DNA of 64,000 nucleotides. Origin: Azolla caroliniana (lineage: Eukaryota > Plantae > Polypodiophyta). The translations under genes and the position numbers were made by a program. Positions 52,301 through 64,000 of the stretch are shown piece by piece. Position 1 is the first letter of the stretch. Every line of letters begins with the position of its first letter. The notes under the pieces are model-generated. The model was not told where the DNA came from, did no database searches, and was given only the letters and a program-made list of their open reading frames with translations. The stretch is taken from positions 16,368,001 to 16,432,000 of the forward strand of contig JBHGNT010000012.1 in assembly GCA_043228905.1 (NCBI GenBank), written 5' to 3'.

Positions 52301-52405
52301 CCAAAGAAGAATGGCACGTTGCACTTCATTCAGGACCTGCAGTCGGTCAACAAGGTGACCATCCGGAACGCAGGTATTGGACCGACCATTGACGAGTTCG
52401 CAGAA
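49340..52405 (+). mobile_element. Truncated Trp-primed Gypsy (LTR tip, PBS, gag-PR, RT N-terminus)
   Basis: ...ACACGACA TTATT TGGTGAACCCGAC; ORFs 49384..49941, 50118..50471, 50885..51367 and 51785 onward are homologous to 42839-45900. Confidence 0.92.
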
Positions 52406-55400
52406 CCCACCGATCTAGAGCCACTCCCCGTCGTACTTGCTCTTGTTGAACTCGTTAAGCGTCGGAGTGCTCCCTTTCCTTGTTGTTACATAAGCCATCC
52501 CAAAGAATTCCACGCCGACTTCTTCGTCCTACGAAACCATGCCATCCTCATCATCAAATCTCGCCCTCGAAAGCATGTCAGCCTTGGCATTGTCCTCTCC
52601 GGATATGTGTCGTATTTCCGGATTTAGGGACTTGATGTACGCTATCCACCTGAGCATTGCCAGGTTCGGCGTCGCGCATCCGGAGACCATACCGAGAATC
52701 AGCAGGCAATCCGTCTCAATTATCACCTCCGTCTCGATCAGATAGTCTTTGTCGGCCTTGACCGCCGAAACGATACCCCAGAGTTCGCGCTTAACCTAGG
52801 CGTACCCTGGTTGTCGTTCATTGAGGACTTTCGCGCCGAACCGGATGGGGAACCTCCTGGTTGATCACCCATCCGATTCCGGTCGGACTCGTGTAACGGT
52901 CACGTAAACCGGAATGTCTTTACCGTAGACCGGTTTCCGGAGTGTCGGTGCCATAGCAAGTGCCTCTTTCATTTTCCGGACCGACTCTATATGCTCCTCT
53001 CTCCACTCGAATTTATGCCCTTTCTTCAACAGTCCATAGAGCGGCTCCACGACGTGGGCATAATACGGGATCCAGATATGGTAGAACGCGCATGCTCCCA
53101 AGAATCTCCGGACTTCCGTGACCGAATTGCAGTCGTGCTTCATCGTGGAGATGGCCTCTACCTTGGCCGGCGACGGTTTTCGACCATATGGCCCGCATAG
53201 GTGTCCGACGACCATGATCTCTGATTGCCCAAAGGCCGATTTTTCCCCGGAGAAGGTGAGCCTCGAGCCTTCTAGTCTTTGCAGCACCTTCTCGAAGTCA
53301 TCGACGTGGTCCGCCACGAATTTCCTGCATCCGTCCGGTCCAATTGTCTCGTCCTTATCCTTCACCAGGTATCCTTTGATCGGGATGTCATCTAGGAATG
53401 GCATGGTGATGTCCGGGATACAATCCCTTAGCACTTTGTTCATTGCGTTCTCCATGTGGGCTACCGAGTTCGTCCCTCCTTGCAGAAGGGTACACATCTG
53501 TACTAGGCCGAGAGGAGTCTGCATCGTCATAACGTCCCTACTCTCCACGGCTAGCTAGAACTGATCATATCCCGAGTACAGATCACCGACCGAGTAAATT
53601 GACCTTCCGGCGAAGGCCTCCGCGAACTTGCCTATGGTCAGTTCCATTCTTGTGTTCCGAATGGTCAACTTGTTGACCGGTTGCAGGTCTTGAATGAAGC
53701 GCAGCGTGCCATTCTTCTTGAGCATAGTAAACCACCGATTAGAATACGGGGTACTTGACAATTCAAGGATGCCCATATCCACCTTCTGTTTCAGCAGCTC
53801 CATTAGCTTTGGGATGTGAGCTCTGGGTACTGGGATCGGTTTGAGATTCCATGGTACATGCGATACCGTGAAGATCACCATTGGCTCCACAATCGTCAGG
53901 TCTACGCACCCAATCTCCTCCGACAAGAATGCGAAGGCATTTCCGTGCCTCTTGAGCATTCTCCGAAACCGGTCGTCCTCCACCGGCAGTAGAAAGCCGC
54001 CCCCACCGACCTTGAGCTCTCATAGCGTTATGTCGGTGAAACGGTGTCCTATGCCGGCCAGATCTTGTAAACTCGGGTCTGATACGACCCCTTTCATCTG
54101 TAACTCGCTGCCCTCCAGCAAGGGTGCCGCGACTGGCCTCACCTTCTGGTCCACAGTCTTGTACTTCGTGTCCACTCGGGCCGTCCGATCCGACTTGAGT
54201 CCTCTGCCGAAGTTGGCGATGACTTCGTACATCTTTTCCAAACATACCGGAATTGTCCAGTCTTCACTAAGGCCCTCTCCGAAAACCTCTCGTAGCTTCC
54301 CCAAGGTGTCGTCGAAAGAGACCACCTCCATGGCTCCGTTGATTTCCTCTCCGGGGTCGAGGACTCCGCATGCCCTGAGTTGCTCTTCTACCCGCTTCTT
54401 CTCCCCGCGAACGACGCCGGTTATTGTACAACGTCCGCTATCGGAGAGCCAAAACTTCCTACCTATGGTACAAGTTTTCTTCCCTATAGTACATCTGTGG
54501 GGTTTTCTCGGGGTGTCCGGACTATCGCGGCCCCACACCTTGATAGCCCTTTTGAAAAATCCGTCGGTTTTCGCCGCCGAGGGTCTCTCAGTTCCGTTCA
54601 TGGTTCGATCGTACTGTCAGAAACTGGACGGAGTGACGCCCGTCCTGGCTCTTGACTCGCGTGTACACCGAACCATTGTCCAGCAACTTCGTCTCCATTC
54701 GTGCAGCTGTGATGTACGGTTCCCCGAGTATCACCGGATGCGAGAATGTCTCCTGCACAAAGAAGTGCTGATCAATCTCGACATCACCGATTTTCACTCA
54801 TACATTTGGGCAGGCTCTGTGTAGCTCTTCCGTGGCGTGCGTCGCCGCTCGTATTTTCCACCCGTGCTTGGTGTTGATCGGCCACTTGCCCTTCTTGTAA
54901 AATTCCATGGACATCAAGTTGATTTCCGAACTATGGTCTACCAATGCCACCACCGGCTCCTGGACATCTCTGATCTTAACGGGGGTCTCCATAGTGGCTC
55001 TGGCCCAATATAGCCTTGAATAGTGGCTTTCTACCAACTCGTCTTCCAGGGCCATGTCTTCTAGGTGCGTCGTTCACACCTCCACCGACCTTTCCGGCTC
55101 TGGCTCCGTTGAAAGCCTTTTCCACTTCACCAAGTCTACGATGGAGTCGTGGAACTCCTTCTTGGCGATACCGAGCACTTCCCTCAATGACAGCTCCACC
55201 TTGCTGTCGAGGATCCGTTCCTTCAGGACCTTTCCTAGGTCCGTGGTACTTTCGATCTCTGTGCTAAACCGATAACCGGCCTTCTTGGCCTTGTCCGGTG
55301 CGCCGGATGCACCGACATCATTCTGCTTCGGCGCAAAGTGGGTCTCATACCGTTGTGAGGGTCCAACCCCCCTGGTCTTTTCTGCGAGCTTGTCTTCCAC

Positions 55401-57358
55401 CAGAACCTCGTAGTTCTAGCACGCGGCTTCCACGAAGCCCATCTTCTCTTCGACCTGGTAACTCCACCCGGTTACCTCCCGGACCCGTCTCTCCGCACGG
55501 TCCGTTTCCTCTTTCCTTAGTCGTACACTGGCTAGGCCTTCCAGCATCAACATCCAGAACCCGGAGTCCTTCGTCTTCCGGACCTCATCACTCCCGACCC
55601 GGATTCCTGCCGACGCCGAGTAGTGAGTGGATGGTCTCCGCGTGGCGAGCCGCCGCTTCCTCCATCAGCCATTTCATCCCCCCTCATCCGACGTTCAGAT
55701 CTAGGGCCCTCCGGGTTTCGCCAACGTGTACCCGCCCGTTCCATGCGTACACCACGTTGGCCCTCATCGCTTCGGCGAAGTCCCCACAGTCCTTTCAGGT
55801 GTGGTCGACCGCGTCGCACCACAAGCACCGATGCCCAGCCGGAGGCCTTCGGTCACAGGCTTGTTCACCGCCGTCCCTCTATGCCTGTGCAATCTGGAGG
55901 TCCCTCACCATTTGAGTCAACTCCTCTAGAGTCGCTCCTCCAGACGGACCTTTGACCACGCTGGTCAAAGTCAAGCCGTTCTCGAGCCAGTCTCGAGTCT
56001 CCTCCCTTCGCACTGGTGGGGGTACCTCAACCTTCCTTGCCGCAACAGAGCCTACCCCCGTCAAGCCTTTATCGACCCACTCTCGCCGTTTGTCAAAACG
56101 GCCGCAGACTTTCTTCACCACGGCCCAGTCGGCCGTCAGCCCATCGTTGGTCTCCACTAGGAGGCCCACTTGCTCTTGGTCCCTCACGTCCACCGATTTA
56201 ACGAACAATAGGACACGAATTGTGTCCAGTACGGTCCGGTCCAACGCCAAAAGATGCGCGAAGCGTTCTTCAAACTCCCGGAGGAGCACCGACGCGTTTC
56301 TCCCCTTTGAGGGGGTCTCCACCCATTCCATGAAGTCCCGCATCGAAAGCCGAAGCGCGTCATCAAAGGAGCCGACCTTCAAACTCTTCCCAGGTCCGGC
56401 TCTCAGCCCGTACCTCGAGCACCTCCGCATGGATGCCCGACATTGCCACCCAAGGGAATCCGACCAGTCGCCTGTCCTCTAGAATGTTCCTCATCACCAT
56501 TTCGGCTCGGTAGGCCTCCCAATAGCTCGTGGCGTCCTTTCCACCGAACCGGCCTATCGTGTCGACGATCGCTTCAATGGCCCTATCGAGGACGCCAGTG
56601 CCTTCGTGCGCACTCACTATTCGATCCACAGCTGAAGCCATGGCTTCTGCAAGCTCCGATCCCCTCATCTTTCTATTCCTTTGCCGCTTTTTCACGTCGG
56701 GTTCACCAAATATGTCACATTGTTACACGCATGCATATAGAACGAGGCGGGACCACAGGGGCCTTGGACCGAGGAATAATCGAACAAGAGTAGGAGCAAG
56801 AAAGACAACGACCGCGCTTCCACACACACACACAAATACACAAAAACCGCGACCGAATGAAACAATGGAAACGAGACGAATGCGTATATGTATATATATA
56901 TTCTGATGAAAAAAAACGGGGGTTACAACCGGCGGGCCGGTGAGAGACAAGCTCTGACGCCTACACGCCCACAAACGCGAGATGGATACTTTGCCCGAAG
57001 CACTCCCGAAAACCTGCACAGCGCAAATACAGAGAAAGATGGAGGAGAAGAGCTCGGTCCCAGTCCGACAGCACTTCGTCCTCAACAAAAAGTGATCCCT
57101 TTTTACGATTCCTCTCCCTCTCTTTTATAGCCCAAGGAGGGAGGCCGTTACAACTTGTTACATCCTCTTTATTCTCTGTCCTTTCGGACAGAGATATGCC
57201 TCAATTTCCTACCTATCAAATCCATGCGACCTAGGATATTCACATCAGCCGACTTGTACCTAAATATGTACATTACAACAAAACTTGTGCCCACGTGTAA
57301 GGGCCGGTTCACACACATTATTCTCTGATTCCGCCTAGGGACGGTTTTCTCCACGACA
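52406..57358 (-). mobile_element. Trp-primed Gypsy, 5' LTR through RNase H, 3'-truncated
   Basis: LTR 56713-57358; PBS 56691-56708; ORFs from 56363..56695 through 52529..52726 are homologous to gag-PR-RT-RH. Confidence 0.92.
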
Positions 57359-57668
57359 CCGTGTTCCTAATCAGTAACACTTTTGGCATGCTTGGTGATC
57401 TGTGTCTCCTCACAGACGAATAGTGACAAATGGATGTTTAGCCCGCAAACGATCCAGAGGACCAACACGACAAGATTGACCAGTCACACGGTCCATCACA
57501 CGCCAGGCAGAGGAGCGCGCACGGCAGAAACCCCACCTTAGCAACCTCAGTGATACCTGTCGGGACCACAAAGAAGATTTCTCACTCCCCAAATACCTCG
57601 GCGACACACAGGAAGCACGCTCACCACATAAGCACTGTGGACTTTCCCTGCCCTCCACAGCATCCAGC

Positions 57669-59110
57669 ATGGCCTTTTCTTATCCCTGCTTCAATGGCGA
57701 AACCGACGCCGCAACCCACATTTGACTGTTCTTAAATGTTTGAAAAGCCAACCACATGGCGTAGAGCCTTTCCGAAGGAGTAGCGCACCAGTCCAAAATG
57801 ACAGATTTTGGATTAACCTTGGATGGGAGAGCGGCGTTTTGGCATTCGCAAATGGATCTGCCAGCAATCACGACCTTCGACCAGCTATAGTCAGCCTTTC
57901 TGCATTTTTTTCATCAAAGGGTGCCGCAACGCGAAATCCTCGGGCAGTTTTACACAATTAAACAGTTGTCGACCGAGACGGTAGCGGATTTCAGTTTACG
58001 CTTCCAAAACCTACGGCGGAAATTAGAACAGGGCCCGACGTAGGACGAGGCTCGGAAGACATTACTGGCAGCATTACGACGACCGATATGGACAACACTC
58101 AACAACAATAGCGTGAAAGGGGAAACAACCGATATGGTCATAGAACGAGCGTTACAGCTCGAGCTGGACGAAGAAGAGGAAAGGTTTTCCATGTCCTCAT
58201 TACGACAAGCATTACCTCAGGACGAGGAACGACATTTTCGCCAGGCAATCCAGTGCACGATTTGCTTAAATTCAAGGCATTCCGCGGTTGAATGCAACAT
58301 GTGAATCCATTGCCCAATCTGTCACTCAAAAGCTCACAGAGTTGAGCAGTGCAAGTACAATATGTTGAACAGATCCATGCCCACATTACGTAGGGTGGAA
58401 ACACAGCGTCCCCCTCGTCGTAATGAGCAAAGGCGGAAAGACGAACGATCCCGGTATATGGATCGGAACCCACGCGATGACCAGCACTACTGGAATCGCC
58501 TAAATCACAATGAGTCCGAGGAAGACGAGCTGGAGGATGAAGACTACCGTGGCAACCAAAGAAATACTAAAGTCGGCCGACACTATGAGGATTACCGTCC
58601 GACGAACAAACGTGGTGGCTTCAATGGGCCTCACGGAAAACATTTTCAGTATCGGGACCAACGGCGGTATGACGAAAGTTCGGACGATGAACGGCACTAG
58701 GAACCGTGCCAGGACCAATAGCAACCACCGCGTATGCTCCGACGAACGAATCAGGACCGGGAGGAGCAAGTCACACCTGCGGATCGGCACACACCACTAG
58801 TTGCCAAGAAGGGCGAATCTAGCATCGATTGTTTTGTTTGCCAACAGCCCGAGCATTATGCCACGCAATGCCCAGTACACAAAGGCAAGGGGCCCTCCGT
58901 CAATACAATTACGGCGAAAGTACAACAAGTCACAACATGGTAGCAAACCAAAAATGTTGATTGGGCCGCGCAAGATGAGATACGTCAGACAACCCAAGCA
59001 TGGGTTGAAAAAGCAAACGCGGCAAGTACGGAACGCATGCGGAAGGAGTCCGCAAATACGGTGGAGCCATTGGAGGAAGAGGGAATATCTCCGGATCCCA
59101 TATGGCAAGC
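57669..59110 (+). pseudogene. gag with three CCHC zinc knuckles
   Basis: CTICLNSRHSAVEC, CPICHSKAHRVEQC and CFVCQQPEHYATQC; multiple stops. Confidence 0.75.
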
Positions 59111-59112
59111 CC

Positions 59113-60030
59113 ATATGGCAAGCCCACGGAAGTCGCAAGAATGCCACACCAACTAGTGTTTGCCACTAGATCCTTTCCAAAAGTGGGGGTTAGATTTCAT
59201 GGGACCCTTTACCTCGGCGGTCACTCGAACAGGCCATAAGTACATCCTGCTGGCTACGGATTACTATACTAAGTGGGAAGAAGCGAAACCACTACGCGAG
59301 AATACCACGGAAGTCACGGCGAAATTCCTTTACGAACACATCTAGTGTCGTTTCGGCTGCCCTATCGAGGTCATTAGTGACCAAGGGAGTCACTTTCTGA
59401 ATACGGCCATCAGCGAACTGACCCAACATTATGCTATGGTGCACAAAAAAGGTACGTTGTATTACCCGCATGCAAATGGCTTGGCAGAATCCACGAACAA
59501 AACCCTACAAACTATCCTCAAAAAGATAGTCAATGAGAACAGGACGGATTGGTTGCACAGCGCGTTATGGGCAAACCGTACCAACTGTAAGACCAGCATA
59601 CAATCAACGCCATTTAGGCTAGCATTTGGTCTGGAGGCCGTGATGCCAGTCGAATTCCAGATACCCAGTCTGCGGATTCAAGTACGAGCCCGGCTACCAG
59701 AGGGCAAATCCGAACAAGTACGACTACAACAACTGCTAGAGCTAGGAGAAACAAGGTTCCGTAGTATGGCCATATTGGAGCAGGAACAGTGGCGGCGCAA
59801 AGCATTCGTGGACCAACACCGGCATGCGCGTGAAAAAGATTTTACGGTTAGAAAAGCAGTATTAGTTTTCCAAACACGCATGGGGCATATGCCAGGAAAA
59901 TTGGCCAGATAGGCTTGTACTGGATAGTGGGAGTAGAACAGGGCACGTTTCAACTGAGCACATTGGCTAGGGAAGTGTTATGACAAAAAGTGAATGGGTT
60001 TCGCCTTAAACCTTATCTGGGACCCACCTA
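59113..60030 (+). pseudogene. Integrase core and C-terminus
   Basis: ORFs 59160..59345 and 59436..59912, ending VNGFRLKPY as in Athila/Tat-type integrases. Confidence 0.88.
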
Positions 60031-60224
60031 ACTCGTTCCCCGCCGAACAAGCCAAAGCCGGAGAATCCATGGAGTAAATATAAGGCCCCACTTGTACTAT
60101 ACTGTAAAAATAATATTGTAAGTAACCATTACGAAAAAAAGAAAAAAGAGAGAGAAGATAGCAATGTTATTAAAAGGACTTAAGGTATGCACAAACTTAT
60201 AGGCCAAGAACACGCGGCACCACG

Positions 60225-63078
60225 ATGGCTCACCGACCAATGAACCCTAGGCCACAAAAAGAAGGAAATAAAAGGTTTTCTGCACAATACAGAAATCAAC
60301 CTTCTAATTCTCATCGCTCTCATCGCTCCCCTTCCTCACCCTCTTCTCCATCCTATCACAGAGCTCAAGCTCGCTGCAGCCAGCAGTCTTCACCCACTAG
60401 CCACGAGCCTATTCCGACTATGCTGATACCCATCTCTACCACCTTGCGTCGATGGTTAGTGGAGAAACGCCTGGAAGGGTACATCAGAGTCGTCGAGGCA
60501 CCTCCACATCCTGACGCACTGGACATCGCTAGGAAGCTCAACATTGACACGGTCACCAACTCATCCATCCGGCAAAAGAATGACCTGTCATCACTAGGAG
60601 AAAGGCATTTCGAAATCCCTCCTACGGAAACTTTGCAAAGATATTTCGGGCCATATTCGGCGTCCGCCAAGGCATATAGAACGAAGGAAATCCCCGACCC
60701 CTTCTTCCGCGAAATCGCCAAGTTCCTGTTGGAAGTCGGATGCGTGCATGTAAACACATATGGGATGCCCAAGCAAAAGGTAGGGATCCTCATTGATACC
60801 TTTGAAGGGCGCACAATTGATTGGGGGGTCATTACGGGACCGGCGTTACGAGAAGGCCTGCACGCGTATCAAGGAGGCAAAAAGCTAAGGCCTATAATAC
60901 AAACAGTATCTGGCGATATTGTTCCCACCCCGAGGTCTGGCAACACCCCAGACCAGCAAACCCACGCCTCCGCCACGATCCGCGAAGCGAAGGTTAGTGG
61001 AGTTGGCCACCACAGAGTGGGAGGATGAACCCCAGCCCAACACGCAAACAACACAAGAAGAGCGGGCGGAGCGCAGCGAGGAACCTGCGTAGGAACCAGA
61101 AGACAAGACACGCCAAGGAATCCCGAGGCCGAAATAGCGGAGGCTGGTTAGGAGTGATGGGCGCGGGTTAGTTAAAGACACACTTGCGGCCACGGAGACG
61201 ACGACTGTGGGCGATAGCTCCATAGCTACAGATCCCAACACCACCTTCGAAGTAATCCGGGAACCACGGTCGATCATTACGGACCAGTCACAGCGGGGGA
61301 AAGGCATATTGACGGCGGAAAGCGAGGTCCTGGCGTATCCGGACATTCCGGACACGGCCCATGAGTTCGGCGCACTATTACAATTCAGAACCACTTTTGA
61401 ACTCATGGCAACACAACAAATAAAAGTCTCACAACGAATGGCCAAGGAGCACGCAAAAGCGCCAAATGATCGAGCGCGCGTTAACACAAACGACGGAAAG
61501 CGACGATGAGGATCAATTAGCCAGAGTCAGTAGACAGAGGAATGCCGGTATACGCCGAATGGGGATAGAACTACCCCCATTAAACGCGGCCCTTGTCGAA
61601 GTTCATAGGGAACTGGCAAAGGTCAATATGGGCACCAAGGATATGGCGATTAAAAATAAAAATGTTTGGAAAACGGTTAAACTGACCCAAGTCGAGCTAC
61701 AAAAGGCCAATGAACGCATCGCGGAGTTGGAAAGTAACGCGAGTACGGCGCAGCAGGCAGCTCCACCAACAACCAACGTCGTCGAAGCCCTGAGGGAAGA
61801 AATTGAAGCTCAGACCGCCATTGCCTCGAAAGAGAAATGGGTCATGCAATTGGTAGAATCAGAGATTGACCGTCTCCACGCCAAACTTCGCCAGTCCTCA
61901 GACAGAGAAAAGGACATCCAGGCCAACGGCCGAAAGGCAGTGAAGACCCTTGAAGAGAAACTCGTAGCGGAGGCAGCACAGCACACCCGGACAAAAGAAG
62001 AAAACAACCAATTACGGGAAGAAGCGAAAAACCCGGAAGCAGCAATCGCGGGACTCCAGGCCTTATTGGAGAAGAAGAAAGCATGGTTCGACGAGCAGCT
62101 GGTAGGGGAACATGAGAGAAGGCATCAACTTGAAATCCGTCTGAACAATGAAATGGGCAAGCTAGAGGAATTACATTCAAAGGAATCTCAGCTATGGGCG
62201 GGAATGAGGAGCACTTATGATGAAGCGGCGACGGTTAATAAACAAGAAATTGACAACCTCAAGAAGACCGTAGAAGAAGCACGCAACCGTTGCCAAGCAA
62301 TAACCGACAACGTGTGCATACTTCTTCAAACAAATCGGGAGAGGTTTATGGCACAATTAAAAGCGACGCTCGATAAAGGTTGGATGGTGTGGGCCACACA
62401 AGCGGCAGAGTTGCATACATATCGGGCGGACTGGGAGAACCGAAGGAAAAGCGGCCGCGGGTTCTACAAGCTCAATGAGGAAAGCATTGCGGCAGTACGC
62501 TAGGACCTAGCACAGGATTATCGCGTGCTAGTGGACCAACACTTCGAGGAACTCGTGCAACTACTAGACAATTTTGGTGAAAGTCAGGAGGACCTGTTTC
62601 ACCAAATCACGCAAGCTGGTAGCACGCGAACCAACGAGGAATCCATCGTGATACCTATTGCGGATACTTCCAAACAAGAAGAACCTCAGCCCATGTCACC
62701 GGAAAGAACCACTACGATGCACAGCACGGAACGGCAATCGGAGCCCCCCGCAATACCAGAAAGTGAAACTGCCGATCAAGAGGAACCCCAGCCTCACTCA
62801 CTAGAGCGCACAACTACGGCCGACAACACGGAGGAGGTTATGGACGAGACAGGACCTTGACCTACCACCGCGAGCCCGCCAACGGAGGAACCGGCCACCA
62901 TAGCACACGATGAGCCCGCAGAGCCCGGACCGCCCACACAAGAAGCCAGCGATGCCATAGGCAGCCCACCCGAGCAAGTAGGGGAACCACGTACCAACAC
63001 GCCTACGGACACTACGCCGTCCCCGGACCCGAACACTGGAGCAGAACAAAACATCCGGGCCATTTTGGAGGATGATTA
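60225..63078 (+). pseudogene. Extra 3' ORF of unknown function (globular domain, long coiled coil, acidic/Pro-rich tail)
   Basis: ORFs 60225..61028, 61207..61509, 61466..62503 and 62525..62860 lie between INT and the LTR, in the sense orientation. Confidence 0.65.
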
Positions 63079-63660
63079 AAGGGGTGGGTCCGACGTGCCA
63101 GGGCATTGTCCCACAGGCGTGCCAGGTGTTGTCTACCAGTAACCGACGGACAGGAGCGCAGAAATATAATATAGTAGAATTGTAATGCATGTTAACGGTT
63201 CACGCGGGAAGCGTGTTGTCTGCCGAAATAGTAACCGACAGACAAGAGCGCAGTAATATGAATAGAATAATATTGTAACGCATGTAACGGTTCACGCGGG
63301 AAGCGTGAACGGCTAAAAGACCCTACATATATAAAGGGCAGAAAACCTCTAATAGAGGTAACAGGTAATTAGAAGACTGGAAGGCCTTTTGATTGGAATA
63401 TAATACTATCTTCTCTAAGTTTTGGTCTCTGTTTGGTTTTCATTTACTGTTGTCTGCTCAATTTGTAAGTATCGTAGCCAAGCGTAACAGCGCACGCAGT
63501 GTGCGCACTAAGGAGTTGGTTGTAGCCATCCCTTCCCCTTACGTTGTAGGATACGCTGGGATATCTGCTTATGACCTACGATTACCATTCCGCGCAACGC
63601 AATCACCTTGGTGTCTACCTCGAAGGACTAAGTGTAGACAAGTGTTCCTAATCGGTAACA

Positions 63661-64000
63661 CGTTTGGCACGCTTGGTGATCTGTATCTTCGCACAGACGA
63701 ACAACGACAGTTGTATGGTTAACCGTAGACGGACTAGAGAACCGACATGACCCAACAGACCGATCACAAGGTCCATCACACGACTCGCAAAGGAGCACGC
63801 AAAGCAGAAGCCTCGTCTTAGTGCTTTCGGCCAGGAGCACAAGCCTAACATGCACCGCAACGACACGTACGAGGTGTCGTTACCACATACATCTCGTGGT
63901 CTTTCCCTCCCCGCAGGAACATCCACCATGGCTTTCTCCTACCCCCGCTTCAACAGCGAAACCGACGCCGCAACTCATGTTTGCCTGTTCATGAATGTCT
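63661..64000 (+). mobile_element. Start of a second tandem unit (PBS, leader, gag start)
   Basis: Homologous to 57381-57740; MAFSYPRFNSETDAATHV at 63928. Confidence 0.85.

Larger units (their letters stand above)
57359..63660 (+). mobile_element. Non-autonomous Arg-primed non-chromovirus Gypsy (gag, partial INT, extra 3' ORF, LTR)
   Basis: LTR end ...GTAACA plus TGGCA(T/C)GCTTGGTG at 57380 and 63660; gag with CCHC knuckles; INT core (WGLDFMGP, SDQGSHF, ANGLAESTN); no PR, RT or RNase H. The 3' LTR start (about 63090) is unclear; TATATAAA at about 63327. Confidence 0.82.

Noticed and set aside
53841-54824. Long antisense ORFs (327 aa here; also 51463..52182, 43797..44507 and 55298..55915)
   Set aside because: These are shadow frames of GC-rich gag-pol coding sequence, with starts and stops not conserved between copies.
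61466-62503. Host SMC/myosin-like gene or viral envelope
   Set aside because: It is only generic coiled-coil composition, lies inside an LTR element, and has no ATPase motifs or transmembrane helix.

Overview
Gene-free, heterochromatin-like plant DNA made almost entirely of nested, decayed retrotransposons. The lineage mix (Tcn1-like chromoviruses, tRNA-Trp-primed non-chromovirus Ty3/Gypsy, Bryco-like Ty1/Copia) suggests a moss or other bryophyte; this is an inference. No host gene, rRNA, intact tRNA or CRISPR array is supported. From left to right: two Copia remnants (1-3215); the 3' end of a Gypsy element (3230-5185); an AT-rich spacer with a MITE-like repeat; and the 5' end of an Arg-primed Gypsy. 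Next comes a Tcn1-like chromovirus (A, 10482-30945) split by a solo LTR, a Trp-primed Gypsy and a second Tcn1-like copy (B, 19889-30424, TSD ATACC), whose 3' LTR holds a full-length RTEX-like LINE. Then a deleted chromovirus, tandem or duplicated Copia units, a near-complete Trp-primed Gypsy (42137-49175, TSD GCGG), two more copies in inverted orientation, and a tandem non-autonomous Arg-primed Gypsy with a long extra 3' ORF. The most notable signals read from the sequence are: two conserved -1 ribosomal frameshift cassettes (G_GAU_UUU plus pseudoknot; G_UUA_AAC plus stem), a Tf1-type self-priming PBS, tRNA-like Pol III A/B-box cassettes inside the LTRs of three families, and 4-bp CpG-centred target sites for the Trp-primed family. 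Clade names are inferred from motifs; no database search was run.
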